The notes beneath the pieces were generated by a model. The model was given only the letters and a program-made list of their open reading frames with translations, was not told the DNA's origin and ran no database searches. Shown piece after piece: positions 26,856 to 36,288 of a stretch of 64,000 nucleotides of DNA; position 1 is the first letter of the stretch; each line of letters opens with the position of its first letter. Where the stretch lies: assembly GCA_040755695.1 (NCBI GenBank), contig JBFMAK010000001.1, positions 384,637 to 448,636 on the forward strand, read 5' to 3'. This DNA is from Candidatus Iainarchaeum sp. (lineage in GTDB: Archaea; Iainarchaeota; Iainarchaeia; Iainarchaeales; 1-14-0-10-31-34). Made by a program: the position numbers and the translations under genes.

Positions 26856-28274
26856 TCACATGAACAGAGGAATTGCATTCAGTATAATTAAAATTAATAC
26901 TATGAATATAAAGAATTTTTCAATGATTTTCTCCCTCTCGGCTTCTTTAATTGAGGCAGGCATATAAGAAGAATAAATGATTTTTGCAATCTTTCCTCCA
27001 TCAAAGGGCTCAACAGGCAGGAAATTAACTATTGCAACCAGAAGGCTTACAATGACAAGCCAGTAAAAGAATTCAGAGAAGAACTGCAATAAAGTAGAAT
27101 AAACAGTAAAACTTAATGGTTCAGTGAAAGCAGGATTGGGAATTTCCTCTGAAGTAAAGCCGAACTTCCCCATCTTGTTTTTAGTCAAGGTTTTCTCTAT
27201 TGTTTCTCCCTTTTCTGTTTCAAGCACAAAAGTGTAAGACTTGTTATTGTCAAGCAATGCCTTAGTCAGATCATTCATGGCGAGAATTTTTTTTCCGTTA
27301 ACTTCTTTAATTGTCATTTCCTTTTCTAATACTCCATAGGCAGGCGAAGGATAAAGATCACCACAAAAGCCTGTGTTCTTGTCAACGCCTGAAATTTTCA
27401 CTCCAAGAACAGCCTGGTCGTGAATGCCTTCAGCCCAGCCTGAAAAAGGGGCAAAGAAAACAAGAGCAATAATTGAACCTATCAACAGGAAAACAGGGAT
27501 TGAAGCAAGGTTTGCAAGAGGCCCTGCAGCAAAGATTTTGAGGGCGCTCTTCTTGTATGCTTTTTTTAATTGAATTTCATCAGGCTCAACAAAAGCGCCT
27601 ATTGGAAGGAAGCCCAAAAGCAAGAGCCCGGAAGAATTAATTTTAATCTTCTCTTTTCTTGCAGTGATTCCGTGAAAGCCTTCATGCACTACAAGAATAA
27701 TGAACAGTACAAGCCAGACATGAATTGGAACTTTAATTGGGACATTAGGAATGTCCACGCCAGGAATGAGAGGGGCAACACCAGGGCAGGCCTGCACCTT
27801 CCAGAAAAAGGTTTTAACAATAATTTCTGCTGAACTGAAAATCAAGGTGATTAAAACAAATCCTGCAAATCCTGCAAGGCCGAAAACAAGGCTGAACAAG
27901 TTAAGGAAACCAAAGATCTGGGAGAAAGGCTTCATGAAAGGGCTTGAAGTGAAAGCCCAGCCCAAGAGCAACTCAAAGAAAACGTAAAGGGCAAGAGTAG
28001 AAAAAAGGAATAAGAGAAGCCTTCTTGCAGTGCTCTCGCCTTTGCCGTGAAGGTAATCAACTGCAATTGCCCCAAAGCCTAACACAAGCCCTAATTCTGA
28101 CAGGAAATTGATTGTCCTTTCATGCCTTGAGAATTTGTCAAAGTACTTGTTTGCCTTTTTTGTTTTTATGAGAGAGGCAAAGTAATAGGTTTGAGCGCCC
28201 AGGAACCTCTTGAAAAGATAGGTTACAATAACTGAAACCAGAATAAAAATTATGAGAACATAAAACCAGTCCAT
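26856..28274 (-). CDS. Site-2 protease (M50) with PDZ-like domain
   Basis: VVHEGFHG, GAFVEPDE, AGPLAN, NFLPVEPFDGG. Confidence 0.92.
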   Translation of the reverse strand: MDWFYVLIIFILVSVIVTYLFKRFLGAQTYYFASLIKTKKANKYFDKFSRHERTINFLSELGLVLGFGAIAVDYLHGKGESTARRLLLFLFSTLALYVFFELLLGWAFTSSPFMKPFSQIFGFLNLFSLVFGLAGFAGFVLITLIFSSAEIIVKTFFWKVQACPGVAPLIPGVDIPNVPIKVPIHVWLVLFIILVVHEGFHGITARKEKIKINSSGLLLLGFLPIGAFVEPDEIQLKKAYKKSALKIFAAGPLANLASIPVFLLIGSIIALVFFAPFSGWAEGIHDQAVLGVKISGVDKNTGFCGDLYPSPAYGVLEKEMTIKEVNGKKILAMNDLTKALLDNNKSYTFVLETEKGETIEKTLTKNKMGKFGFTSEEIPNPAFTEPLSFTVYSTLLQFFSEFFYWLVIVSLLVAIVNFLPVEPFDGGKIAKIIYSSYMPASIKEAEREKIIEKFFIFIVLILIILNAIPLFM

Positions 28275-28276
28275 TT

Positions 28277-28684
28277 TTATTCCTCTTTCAATTTCTCCTT
28301 TAATTTTATGCCAAAAAAGCTTTCAATTTTTCTTGTTAATTTGTCTCCGGGCTTGAATTCATTCCTTTCAACCCTGTGGATTACAGACTCCTTCTCGAAG
28401 AGCTTCTGCGCGAACTCCTTTACTGTAAGGCCTTTCTTTTCTCTGGCCTTCCTGACTGCAGAGCCGTAATTGTCAATTAAAAATTCATCTGTTTTGAATA
28501 AGTCCCTTTCGCTCCTTTCATTAAATTGCCTCAAAGAAGGCTTTTCAATCTTTGCTTTTGGCAAGGAGGGAACCTCAATTTTTGTTCCGTATTTAGAGCA
28601 GGCCTCACATACATCAAAAATTGTTCCGTCAATATTTACCGAAACCCTTTTTCCCGCCTCTTTCCCGCAGATCTCGCAATTCAT
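28277..28684 (-). CDS. mbf1: Archaeal multiprotein bridging factor 1 (Zn ribbon + HTH)
   Basis: CEICG...VCEAC..YG; VRKAREKKGLT..EFAQKL.EKES. Confidence 0.88.
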   Translation of the reverse strand: MNCEICGKEAGKRVSVNIDGTIFDVCEACSKYGTKIEVPSLPKAKIEKPSLRQFNERSERDLFKTDEFLIDNYGSAVRKAREKKGLTVKEFAQKLFEKESVIHRVERNEFKPGDKLTRKIESFFGIKLKEKLKEE

Positions 28685-28751
28685 ATAACCGCCCTAATTA
28701 CTAAATTGAAAAAAGAAAAGTAATTTATAGTTAATGCAAAGAACAGTTTTT

Positions 28752-29197
28752 ATGAGATTATACCTTGACTCTAATGTGCTGATTTCTTATCTGCGAAGCG
28801 AAATAGACAAAGCATTTAATGTGAGGTTTCAGTCAAGTGAAAAATTTTTTGCTGCATGCGGCCTGCTTAAAACTGAGTTAGTTATTTCACAACTTTTTCT
28901 GGTTGAAATAAAGAAAAAAGTGTTTTCAGAGGAAAAAGGTATTAAACAATTATTTGAAGATTTTGGAATAAAAACAACTATAATAAATAATGTTGAAAAA
29001 GATAAAGTTCTAAAAATAATGAAAGAAACCGAAATACATTTTGCGGATGCAACACATATCGCAAATGCGGTAGAGTACAACTGTGAGTATATTAGTACAA
29101 CTGTGAGTATATTATAACATGGAACAAGAAAGACTTTGAAAAAGCAGGAAAAATAATTCCTTGCAAAAACCCGGAAGAGTTTATACAAGGCTTCTAG
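28752..29197 (+). pseudogene. PIN/VapC-like nuclease frameshifted by a 20-nt tandem duplication
   Basis: YLDSNVLI and FADATHIA motifs; collapsing the duplication at 29074-29113 restores EYIITWNKKDFEK...PEEF. Confidence 0.85.
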
Positions 29198-29477
29198 CTA
29201 ATTCATCCTTTTCTTTTGCAGTAAGTTCTTTGATTTTCAAACCTTTGAGATTATGCTTTTCTACAAATTTTCTGAGTATTGCTCTATTCTTTTTTATTTC
29301 TTCTTCAAAATCGAGTTTGCTTAAGACACCCTTTAAAGGCCTGACTTCCAAATGGTCCTTAAATGCAAGCAAAGCAACTTTTTGGCCGCTGTGAAAGCCT
29401 TCACTAGCCCTTAATTCGCTTGGGATTACTATTTGCCCTTTCAAAGTAATTGTTGATGTTCTAATTCCATTCAACAT
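29181..29477 (-). CDS. AbrB/MazE/SpoVT-family DNA-binding protein
   Basis: TITLKGQIVIPSELR...G.KV. Confidence 0.85.
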   Translation of the reverse strand: MLNGIRTSTITLKGQIVIPSELRASEGFHSGQKVALLAFKDHLEVRPLKGVLSKLDFEEEIKKNRAILRKFVEKHNLKGLKIKELTAKEKDELARSLV

Positions 29478-29797
29478 AACAAAACCTTAGTATTACAAGT
29501 AATACAAGTAAGAAAACATATTTAAATATAATTATGCTGAAAGCAATAGAAATTATAGGGAATTAGGAGGAAAGAATGTTGGACATTCTTTCCCCAATTC
29601 TAAGAGAGTTGGTTGAACTTAGAATAGAATCGGGATAGGCTCACCTTAAACTAAGTTCAATGCTTATATAATTGTTGCTTAAGAAATATATAAATATATC
29701 GCGATTTTTAAGGCTTCTGACGATTTTCTTCGCTGTTGGTTCTACATAATTAGGTTTTGTTTTTATTGTTTTTCAAAGTAATTTTTTATTGATTTGG

Positions 29798-30823
29798 ATG
29801 GGCACTGCAATAGGCGACCTCTTGGAGAAAAAGGAAATCGAATTAGAAGAGCTTTCAGGCAAGAAATTGGGCATAGACTCATTCAATATTATTTACCAGT
29901 TTCTTTCCACTATACGCTCGCAGGAAGGCGAACCATTAATGGACTCGCAGGGCAGGATTACCTCGCACCTCACAGGCTTATTCTACAGGACAGCCAATTT
30001 GCTGCAGAAGGAAATAAAGCCTGTCTTTGTATTTGATGGAGAGCCCCACGAGCTCAAGGCAAGCACAAGAGAGGAAAGAAAGAAAGTGAAAGATGAAGCC
30101 AAAAAAAAATTAGAGCAAGCAAAAAAGGAAGGCAGAAAAGAAGACATAAAGAAGTACGCACAGCAGACCTCAGTCCTCTCAGAGGAAATGATTGGAGAAG
30201 CAAAAAAGCTGATAAAAGCATTAGGCCTTCCAACCATTGACGCTCCAATGGACGGAGAAGCACAGGTTGCAGTAATGGTGGAGAAAGGAGAATGCTTTGG
30301 CTGTGTCTCCCAGGATTATGACGCCCTGCTTTATGGGGCTCCATTGCTCTTGCGCAATATTACAGTAACAGGGAGAAGAAAGCTTCCAGGAAAAAACATT
30401 TACATTGATGTACTCCCAGAAAAAATTTATTTGAAAGAAACACTGGAGAAGCTGGGCATTGACAGAAGGAAATTAATATGGATTGGAATCCTTGTTGGAA
30501 CAGACTTCAACGAAAAGTTCCCTAAGATTGGACCGAAAACTGCCTTGGGGTTAGTGAAGAAGTTTGATTCATTTGAAGAAATAATAAAAGAATCAAAGCA
30601 CGAGCCGGAATTCGATTACAGGGAGATGGAAGAAATTTTCCTGAAGCCTGCTTATTCCCCTGATTTCAGGATTGAATTCAGGCAGCCTGACAGGCAGAAG
30701 ATAATTGAACTCCTTGTAGAAGAACACAACTTCAGCAGGGAGAGAGTGGAAAACACAATAAACAAGATTTCAGAAAAAATAGAACAGGAAGGAGAACAGT
30801 CTTCGCTCAAGAAATGGTTTTAA
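29798..30823 (+). CDS. fen: Flap endonuclease 1
   Basis: YQFLSTIR, TSHLTGLFYR, PVFVFDG, SQDYDALL, GTDFN and C-terminal PIP box QSSLKKWF. Confidence 0.97.
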   Translation: MGTAIGDLLEKKEIELEELSGKKLGIDSFNIIYQFLSTIRSQEGEPLMDSQGRITSHLTGLFYRTANLLQKEIKPVFVFDGEPHELKASTREERKKVKDEAKKKLEQAKKEGRKEDIKKYAQQTSVLSEEMIGEAKKLIKALGLPTIDAPMDGEAQVAVMVEKGECFGCVSQDYDALLYGAPLLLRNITVTGRRKLPGKNIYIDVLPEKIYLKETLEKLGIDRRKLIWIGILVGTDFNEKFPKIGPKTALGLVKKFDSFEEIIKESKHEPEFDYREMEEIFLKPAYSPDFRIEFRQPDRQKIIELLVEEHNFSRERVENTINKISEKIEQEGEQSSLKKWF

Positions 30824-30838
30824 TAAGGGGGGAATTAA

Positions 30839-32188
30839 ATGGCAGAAAATAAAAGAAAAAAAGTAATAATAATGGGCGCAGCAGGAAGGGACTTCCATGA
30901 CTTCAACATGCACTTCAAGGACAACAAAGAATTTGAAGTAAAAGCATTCACCCAGAACGCAAAGCAGAACTTAGGCGTCCTCTCAAAAAAACCTCACAGG
31001 TATTACCCGAAAGAACTTGCCGGAAAGCTCTACAAGAAAGGCATTCCAATTTATTCAGAGAAAATACTGCCAGAACTAATAAAAAAATTTGATATAGAAG
31101 AAGTTGTATTCTCTTATTCCGACAACAGCCACGAGCATGTAATGCATAAAGCCTCCCAGGCTCTTGCAGCAGGAGCAAATTTTGTCTTATTAGGAGCAAA
31201 AGCAATAATGATTAAATCAAAGAAACCAGTAATTGCAGTGTGCGCTGTAAGGACAGGCTGCGGTAAAAGCCAGACCTCAAGAAGGATTTGCGAGATACTC
31301 AAAAAATTGGGGAAGAAGACAGTTGCAATAAGAGAGCCAATGCCTTATGGAGACCTGAGAAAGCAGGTGAGCATCCGCTTTGCGTCCTATAAAGACTTGG
31401 AGGAGAATAATTGTACTATAGAGGAAAGAGAGGAATACGAGCCTTACATTGAAGAAGGATTTGTGATTTATGCTGGAGTGGATTACAAAAAAATTTTGCG
31501 TTCAGCAGAAAAAGAGGCTCAGGTAATAGTGTGGGACGGAGGCAATAACGAGCTTTCATTCTATAAACCGGATTTGCTGGTTGTAGTAACAGACCCTTTT
31601 CGTTTAGGCCATGAAACATTATATCACCCAGGAGAAACAAACCTGTTAATGGCAGATGTTGTTTTAATAAACAAGGTTAATTCTGCCCCGGCAAATTCAG
31701 TGAAAAAGCTTGAAGAGAATATTTCCAGGGCAAACCCTAAAGCAAAAATTTTAAAGGCAAGCTCAGTAATTTCCTTGAACCAAAAAATTGAATTGAAGGG
31801 AAAAAAGGTTTTATGCGTTGAGGATGGCCCTACTGTCACGCACGGGGGCATGGGCTTTGGGGCAGCATTCACTTTTGCTGAAAACCATAAAGCCAAAATA
31901 GTTGACCCAAAGCCTTATGCTGTGGGCAGCATTAAAAATGTTTTTTCTGAGTTCGCTCAATTGGAGAAAGTTCTCCCTGCAATGGGCTACAGCAAAGGGC
32001 AATTAAAAGAATTAGAAAAAACAATTAATGCAGTGCCCTGCGATTTAGTGCTTGCAGGCACCCCAATAGACCTGGCGAAAATTGTAAAGACAAACAAGAG
32101 GGTCATCCGAGTGAAATACGCCCTAGGAAAAGAGGTTGACTTAGAATTAAAAAAATTAATCCAGGAAACATTAAAGAAGAAAAAATAA
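30839..32188 (+). CDS. COG2403 P-loop protein (cyclic 2,3-diphosphoglycerate synthetase family; possible arginine synthetase ArcE)
   Basis: MGAAGRDFH, AVRTGCGKSQ, PMPYGDL, CTIEEREEYEP, WDGGNN, VEDGPT.THGGM. Confidence 0.85.
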   Translation: MAENKRKKVIIMGAAGRDFHDFNMHFKDNKEFEVKAFTQNAKQNLGVLSKKPHRYYPKELAGKLYKKGIPIYSEKILPELIKKFDIEEVVFSYSDNSHEHVMHKASQALAAGANFVLLGAKAIMIKSKKPVIAVCAVRTGCGKSQTSRRICEILKKLGKKTVAIREPMPYGDLRKQVSIRFASYKDLEENNCTIEEREEYEPYIEEGFVIYAGVDYKKILRSAEKEAQVIVWDGGNNELSFYKPDLLVVVTDPFRLGHETLYHPGETNLLMADVVLINKVNSAPANSVKKLEENISRANPKAKILKASSVISLNQKIELKGKKVLCVEDGPTVTHGGMGFGAAFTFAENHKAKIVDPKPYAVGSIKNVFSEFAQLEKVLPAMGYSKGQLKELEKTINAVPCDLVLAGTPIDLAKIVKTNKRVIRVKYALGKEVDLELKKLIQETLKKKK

Positions 32189-32319
32189 AATTAAAAGAAA
32201 ACCTTTATAAAGAGGAAAGGCGTTAATTATAATTGGTTTTTGGGATAAAAAAACCAAAACATATTTAAACAATTAATTATACATTAATAGGTAAGGGAGA
32301 AAAAAAGGAGCAAGATACA

Positions 32320-33171
32320 ATGGCTTACGCAGAAGAAGCAGGAGCAGAAGCAATGCCTCCTGAATACTACAGCGGGGGAGGCGGAGTCACCTCAAAAATA
32401 AAAAATAACCTTGAAGGCATTGTGCCGCTAATTCTGATAATAATAATTGTTGCATTTATAGGAGACGCTTTAGGCTTCTGGGAGATCCCATTCATAAGCT
32501 CGCAGAAGCCAGTAAGCATGCTGATTATAGGAGCGCCATCTTACGATACTCAAGTTACATTAAACAACATCAAAAACATTGTAAGATACCAGCAGAGAGA
32601 CCCAGCGCAATTCACAGTAAACCCTGAAGAGGTATTAGCCCAATACGATATAGTAATGCTAGACCAGCACACCCAGGCAAACAAAGAAATATCAATACAA
32701 TTAGGGGACGCAATAAAAAAGTATGTCAACAAGGGCGGAAAATTCATTCTAGTAATGGACTCAGGCATAAGAGAGAAAGGAGCATACGAGGTAATAGGCT
32801 GGGGGGCCACAATAGGAGACATAGTGCCAGTGGCATGCACTCCCACAGGAGAAACAAATGAACCATCATGCACCCAGCTCATAAGAGTATTAGGCGTCCT
32901 TAAAAGAGACAAGTTCGACCACCCTATAATGAAATACATAGAGCAAGCTCCACCTCAAGGAGAAGGCCAGGTATTGTTTGAGACATTCCCAGTGGAAATA
33001 ACAGGAGACCAACTGGCTTACATTGAAAGAACAGGGGTCAGCGGAGACTGGTATCCGGGAATAGTGGAAAAAAAGTTATACATAGGGAAAAGCATTTACT
33101 TTAATTACGATCCAGGAAAGACTCCAGGAATATTCGAGAGGACAATAAAATACCTTGTAGGCAAAAGCTAA
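32320..33171 (+). CDS. Membrane-anchored hypothetical protein, possible glutamine amidotransferase-like fold
   Basis: One TM helix; LAQYDIVML...IKKYVNKGGKFIL. Confidence 0.65.
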   Translation: MAYAEEAGAEAMPPEYYSGGGGVTSKIKNNLEGIVPLILIIIIVAFIGDALGFWEIPFISSQKPVSMLIIGAPSYDTQVTLNNIKNIVRYQQRDPAQFTVNPEEVLAQYDIVMLDQHTQANKEISIQLGDAIKKYVNKGGKFILVMDSGIREKGAYEVIGWGATIGDIVPVACTPTGETNEPSCTQLIRVLGVLKRDKFDHPIMKYIEQAPPQGEGQVLFETFPVEITGDQLAYIERTGVSGDWYPGIVEKKLYIGKSIYFNYDPGKTPGIFERTIKYLVGKS

Positions 33172-33238
33172 AGCAAAAAGAACAGAAATGCTCAACAATT
33201 AAAATCAAAATTACAATCAATTGGAGGTGTAATTTAAG

Positions 33239-33520
33239 ATGGCAACAAACGCAGACGAAAACACAATCTTCATAGGAAAAAAAGGAACAATGGCATATGT
33301 TCTTGCAGTGGTAACACAAATAAACAACGGAGCAAAAGAAATTCTCATAAAAGCAAGGGGAAAAGCAATAAGCAGGGCAGTGGACGTAGCAGAAATAGTC
33401 AAAAACAAGTTTGTGACAGACCTCAAGATTGCAAGAATAGGCATTTCCACAGAAGAGATACACTCAGAGGAAGGCAACCCACTCAAGGTGTCAGCCATAG
33501 AAATATCCATGAAAAAATGA
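33239..33520 (+). CDS. albA: DNA/RNA-binding protein Alba
   Basis: IFIGKK..MAYVLAV, KARGKAISRAVDVAE, VSAIEI. Confidence 0.96.
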   Translation: MATNADENTIFIGKKGTMAYVLAVVTQINNGAKEILIKARGKAISRAVDVAEIVKNKFVTDLKIARIGISTEEIHSEEGNPLKVSAIEISMKK

Positions 33521-33532
33521 GTTATATAGAAG

Positions 33533-33550
33533 AGAACCCTTTCGGGTTCT
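33533..33550 (+). terminator. Hairpin downstream of albA
   Basis: AGAACCC-TTTC-GGGTTCT followed by T-rich sequence. Confidence 0.5.
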
Positions 33551-33617
33551 TGCCTTTAATTTTTTAAACTAATTCTGGCTTTGGGCCTTCATAGCCCGAA
33601 AACGATAGGTTTTTAAA

Positions 33618-33639
33618 TATCATGATACTATCATGATAC
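33618..33639 (+). promoter_or_regulatory. Tandem palindromic operator-like site
   Basis: TATCATGATAC x2 between a TTTTAAAT box and the ATG at 33643. Confidence 0.55.
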
Positions 33640-33642
33640 AGC

Positions 33643-34146
33643 ATGAATGCTCATGATGAATTCATTGAGTTATTAAAAAGCAAGGAGCTTATTGAGAAGG
33701 TAAGCCCTAAATTCAATGAACTCACCCTTGACATTCAGCAAGTGTTTGAGCACAGCAAAAACCCTTTGCTTTTTGGGGCACTGCTCTTCAAGTTGGCTGA
33801 AGAGAGAGACAAGACAAACAAGCTCTTAGAGCAACTGAACGACAAGTACGACAAAATAATGTTTGAATTAAAAACCAAGACTTTGGGTGAATCTGTTGAT
33901 CAAACTCCTCGAATAGAGCAAAAATTAGCAGTAGGGGCAAATAAAATTGTTTTACTGCCTGAACAGGACCAGAAAATTTTAAGGTTGATAGAAGAAAAAG
34001 GGCCTTCAAGCGCTGAAGCAGTCCAGTCAATGCTTTCCTATAAAGGAAAGAATGCTGCGTGCCAGCGCCTAAATAAATTGTCCAGAGAAGGATTGCTCAG
34101 GAAAATACAGTCAGGAAAAAAAGTCCTGTTTTTCGTGCAGAAGTAA
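33643..34146 (+). CDS. Coiled-coil + C-terminal winged-helix protein
   Basis: DQKILRLIEEKG...A..V...L.YKGKNAACQRLNKL.REGLL. Confidence 0.7.
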   Translation: MNAHDEFIELLKSKELIEKVSPKFNELTLDIQQVFEHSKNPLLFGALLFKLAEERDKTNKLLEQLNDKYDKIMFELKTKTLGESVDQTPRIEQKLAVGANKIVLLPEQDQKILRLIEEKGPSSAEAVQSMLSYKGKNAACQRLNKLSREGLLRKIQSGKKVLFFVQK

Positions 34147-34437
34147 TGCTTTCAAAATTACAGCCTTGCAGGAAATAAAGCCTCCTTACACAACGGGCCG
34201 CCATTAAGCTTGCTTTTTTTTTCCCCCACCAAATCCAATGCTTGGTGGCCGGCCTATAATTTTTATTGACGGCAAAAAATTGCCTCCTTTGCCTCAATAC
34301 CCAAAACGCAGAATTCGTTCAAGAGCGCTTTGGTTTGCAAAAACCAAGGCCTGCTCTTCTAATTTTTTGTTTTTTGTCTTTTACCCATTGTCTGAAAAGC
34401 AAAATATTTAAAAAGTGGTATGTAAATTATAATAATT

Positions 34438-35820
34438 ATGCTACCACAATTTGTAAATAGAGAAGAAGAATTAAAATTTCTAGAAAGGCTTCATAAGAAA
34501 AGAGGCTTCAAACTATTTGTCCTTTATGGGAGAAGAAGAATTGGAAAAACGGACTTATTAAAACATTTTTTGGAGAACAAAAAAGGGGTTTATATTCTTG
34601 CCACAGAAGAAAATTTGACGGAGAATATAAAAGAATTCAAAAACAAATTTTACGAGTTGACAGGCAAGGATTATTTTCTGAAAATTGAAGAAAAAAGCTT
34701 CTATGATTTGTTCAAGTATTTAGCAGAGGAAATTAAAAACAAGAAGGCTGTTATAGTTATAGACGAATTCCCTTATATGCTAAATTTAAATAAAGGCTTG
34801 CTTTCGACATTTCAGAAAATCACAGATGAATTATTCAGAAACAGCGAGATAATGTTAGTCTTGTGCGGTTCTTCTTTATCGATAATGGAAAATGATGTTT
34901 TGGGTTACAGGAGCCCTCTTTATGGGAGGGATATTAATTACTGGAAGCTTCTGCCTTTTGATTTCAGGGTAGTTTATGATTTAGTTGGCAGAATAGAAAA
35001 GGCCATGAAGGTTTATTTCGTTTTTGGAAATGTTCCATATTACCTTAAGTTCTACAACAAAAAAGAAGATTTGTTTGGGAACATAAAAAATAATTTTTTG
35101 GTAAAGGGATTAAATTTGTATGATGAGCCTTTAGTCCTGCTAAGACAAGAGTTTAAGGAGTCTAGGACATACAGGCTGATTTTGAAATACATCTCTTTAG
35201 GATATAAGACTATAGGCAAGTTATGTTCTGTTACAGGAATGGATAAAAGCAATATTATGAAATATCTTTCGACCCTTGAAGAAACAAATATTATAAAGCA
35301 CATTCTACCTTTCGGCATGAAGAGAAAAGGCTATTATGAGATTATTGATCCTTTCTTTAGGTTTTGGTTTAAGTTTGTTTATCCAAATAAAGACAAGCTT
35401 GAAATAGGGAATATTAAAGACGTTGAAGAACCCATAAAGAAAGAGATAAATTCTATTTTTGGGATATCTTTTGAATACTTAATTGAAGATTTAATCAATC
35501 ATAAATTTTTTGTAGAGTTTTCTGTGTTTTCAAAGGTTTATAAATGGTGGCATAAAGACATAGAAATTGACATTATTGCTCTAAATGAGCAAAGCAAAGA
35601 AATAATTTTTGTGGAATGCAAATGGCAGGAAAAAGTTAATGCGGAAAAGATTGTAAAAGAATTGGCTGAAAAGTCAATGCATGTTAACTGGCATAACAAT
35701 GAAAGAAAGGAATGCTATGCAGTATTTGCAAAAAGCTTCAGTAAAAAAATCAGAAATCATGAAAACAAAAAAGTTTATTGCTTTGGCTTAAAGGACATTG
35801 AAAGGATTCTCAAGAGATAG
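34438..35820 (+). CDS. Archaeal ATPase (COG1672) with DUF234/nuclease-like C-terminus
   Basis: FVNREEEL, YGRRRIGKT, IDEFPY, LCGSS, DPFFRFWF, EIDII...ECKW. Confidence 0.92.
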   Translation: MLPQFVNREEELKFLERLHKKRGFKLFVLYGRRRIGKTDLLKHFLENKKGVYILATEENLTENIKEFKNKFYELTGKDYFLKIEEKSFYDLFKYLAEEIKNKKAVIVIDEFPYMLNLNKGLLSTFQKITDELFRNSEIMLVLCGSSLSIMENDVLGYRSPLYGRDINYWKLLPFDFRVVYDLVGRIEKAMKVYFVFGNVPYYLKFYNKKEDLFGNIKNNFLVKGLNLYDEPLVLLRQEFKESRTYRLILKYISLGYKTIGKLCSVTGMDKSNIMKYLSTLEETNIIKHILPFGMKRKGYYEIIDPFFRFWFKFVYPNKDKLEIGNIKDVEEPIKKEINSIFGISFEYLIEDLINHKFFVEFSVFSKVYKWWHKDIEIDIIALNEQSKEIIFVECKWQEKVNAEKIVKELAEKSMHVNWHNNERKECYAVFAKSFSKKIRNHENKKVYCFGLKDIERILKR

Positions 35821-35842
35821 GAAAGCCGCCTTTCTAATTCTT

Positions 35843-36280
35843 TTAATTTTTCGGGTATAAAACTAATAGATATGCGCTTGAACCCAGAACATTGTTGAAC
35901 CAAGCAAACATTAAATCGTCTTCTTTAATTTTATGATGCTTTCCGTCTTTCGGGTCATTATACCAGAACCTTCCTTTCTCGTGTTTTTTCAGGAATTTTA
36001 TTATGTCAAACTTTGCAGGCTTCCTGATTTCTGCTTTTCCTTTTGCTAGTTTTTTATTGTAAGAATAACATTCTACTCTGAATCCTAAACTTCGAGCAAA
36101 ATCAGCCAGCTTTATTGTTCTAATGCCATAACTCTTGATGCCCCCAATTTTTCTAATGATTTCACTTGAAGAAACATCCTTGCCAAAATACTGGAGAACC
36201 ATCCTTAAAGCAGTAACCCCACAAGTCAATTTATCCTGTTTTAATAAAGGAACAGAAAGCTTTCTCATAAAATTTCTCAT
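35843..36280 (-). CDS. C39-like peptidase, apparently lacking the internal catalytic-His segment
   Basis: VPLLKQ...TCG.TAL.MVL.YFG and WYNDP present; no GHF.V segment. Confidence 0.6.
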   Translation of the reverse strand: MRNFMRKLSVPLLKQDKLTCGVTALRMVLQYFGKDVSSSEIIRKIGGIKSYGIRTIKLADFARSLGFRVECYSYNKKLAKGKAEIRKPAKFDIIKFLKKHEKGRFWYNDPKDGKHHKIKEDDLMFAWFNNVLGSSAYLLVLYPKN

Positions 36281-36288
36281 CTTACAAT

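Noticed and set aside
33217..33510. Minus-strand ORF over albA, and similar antisense ORFs over lig, ths, valS and ileS
   Set aside because: Shadows of well-supported genes on the opposite strand.
34147..34420. Possible gene remnant in the gap before the COG1672 ATPase
   Set aside because: Only short broken frames; no family assignable by eye.
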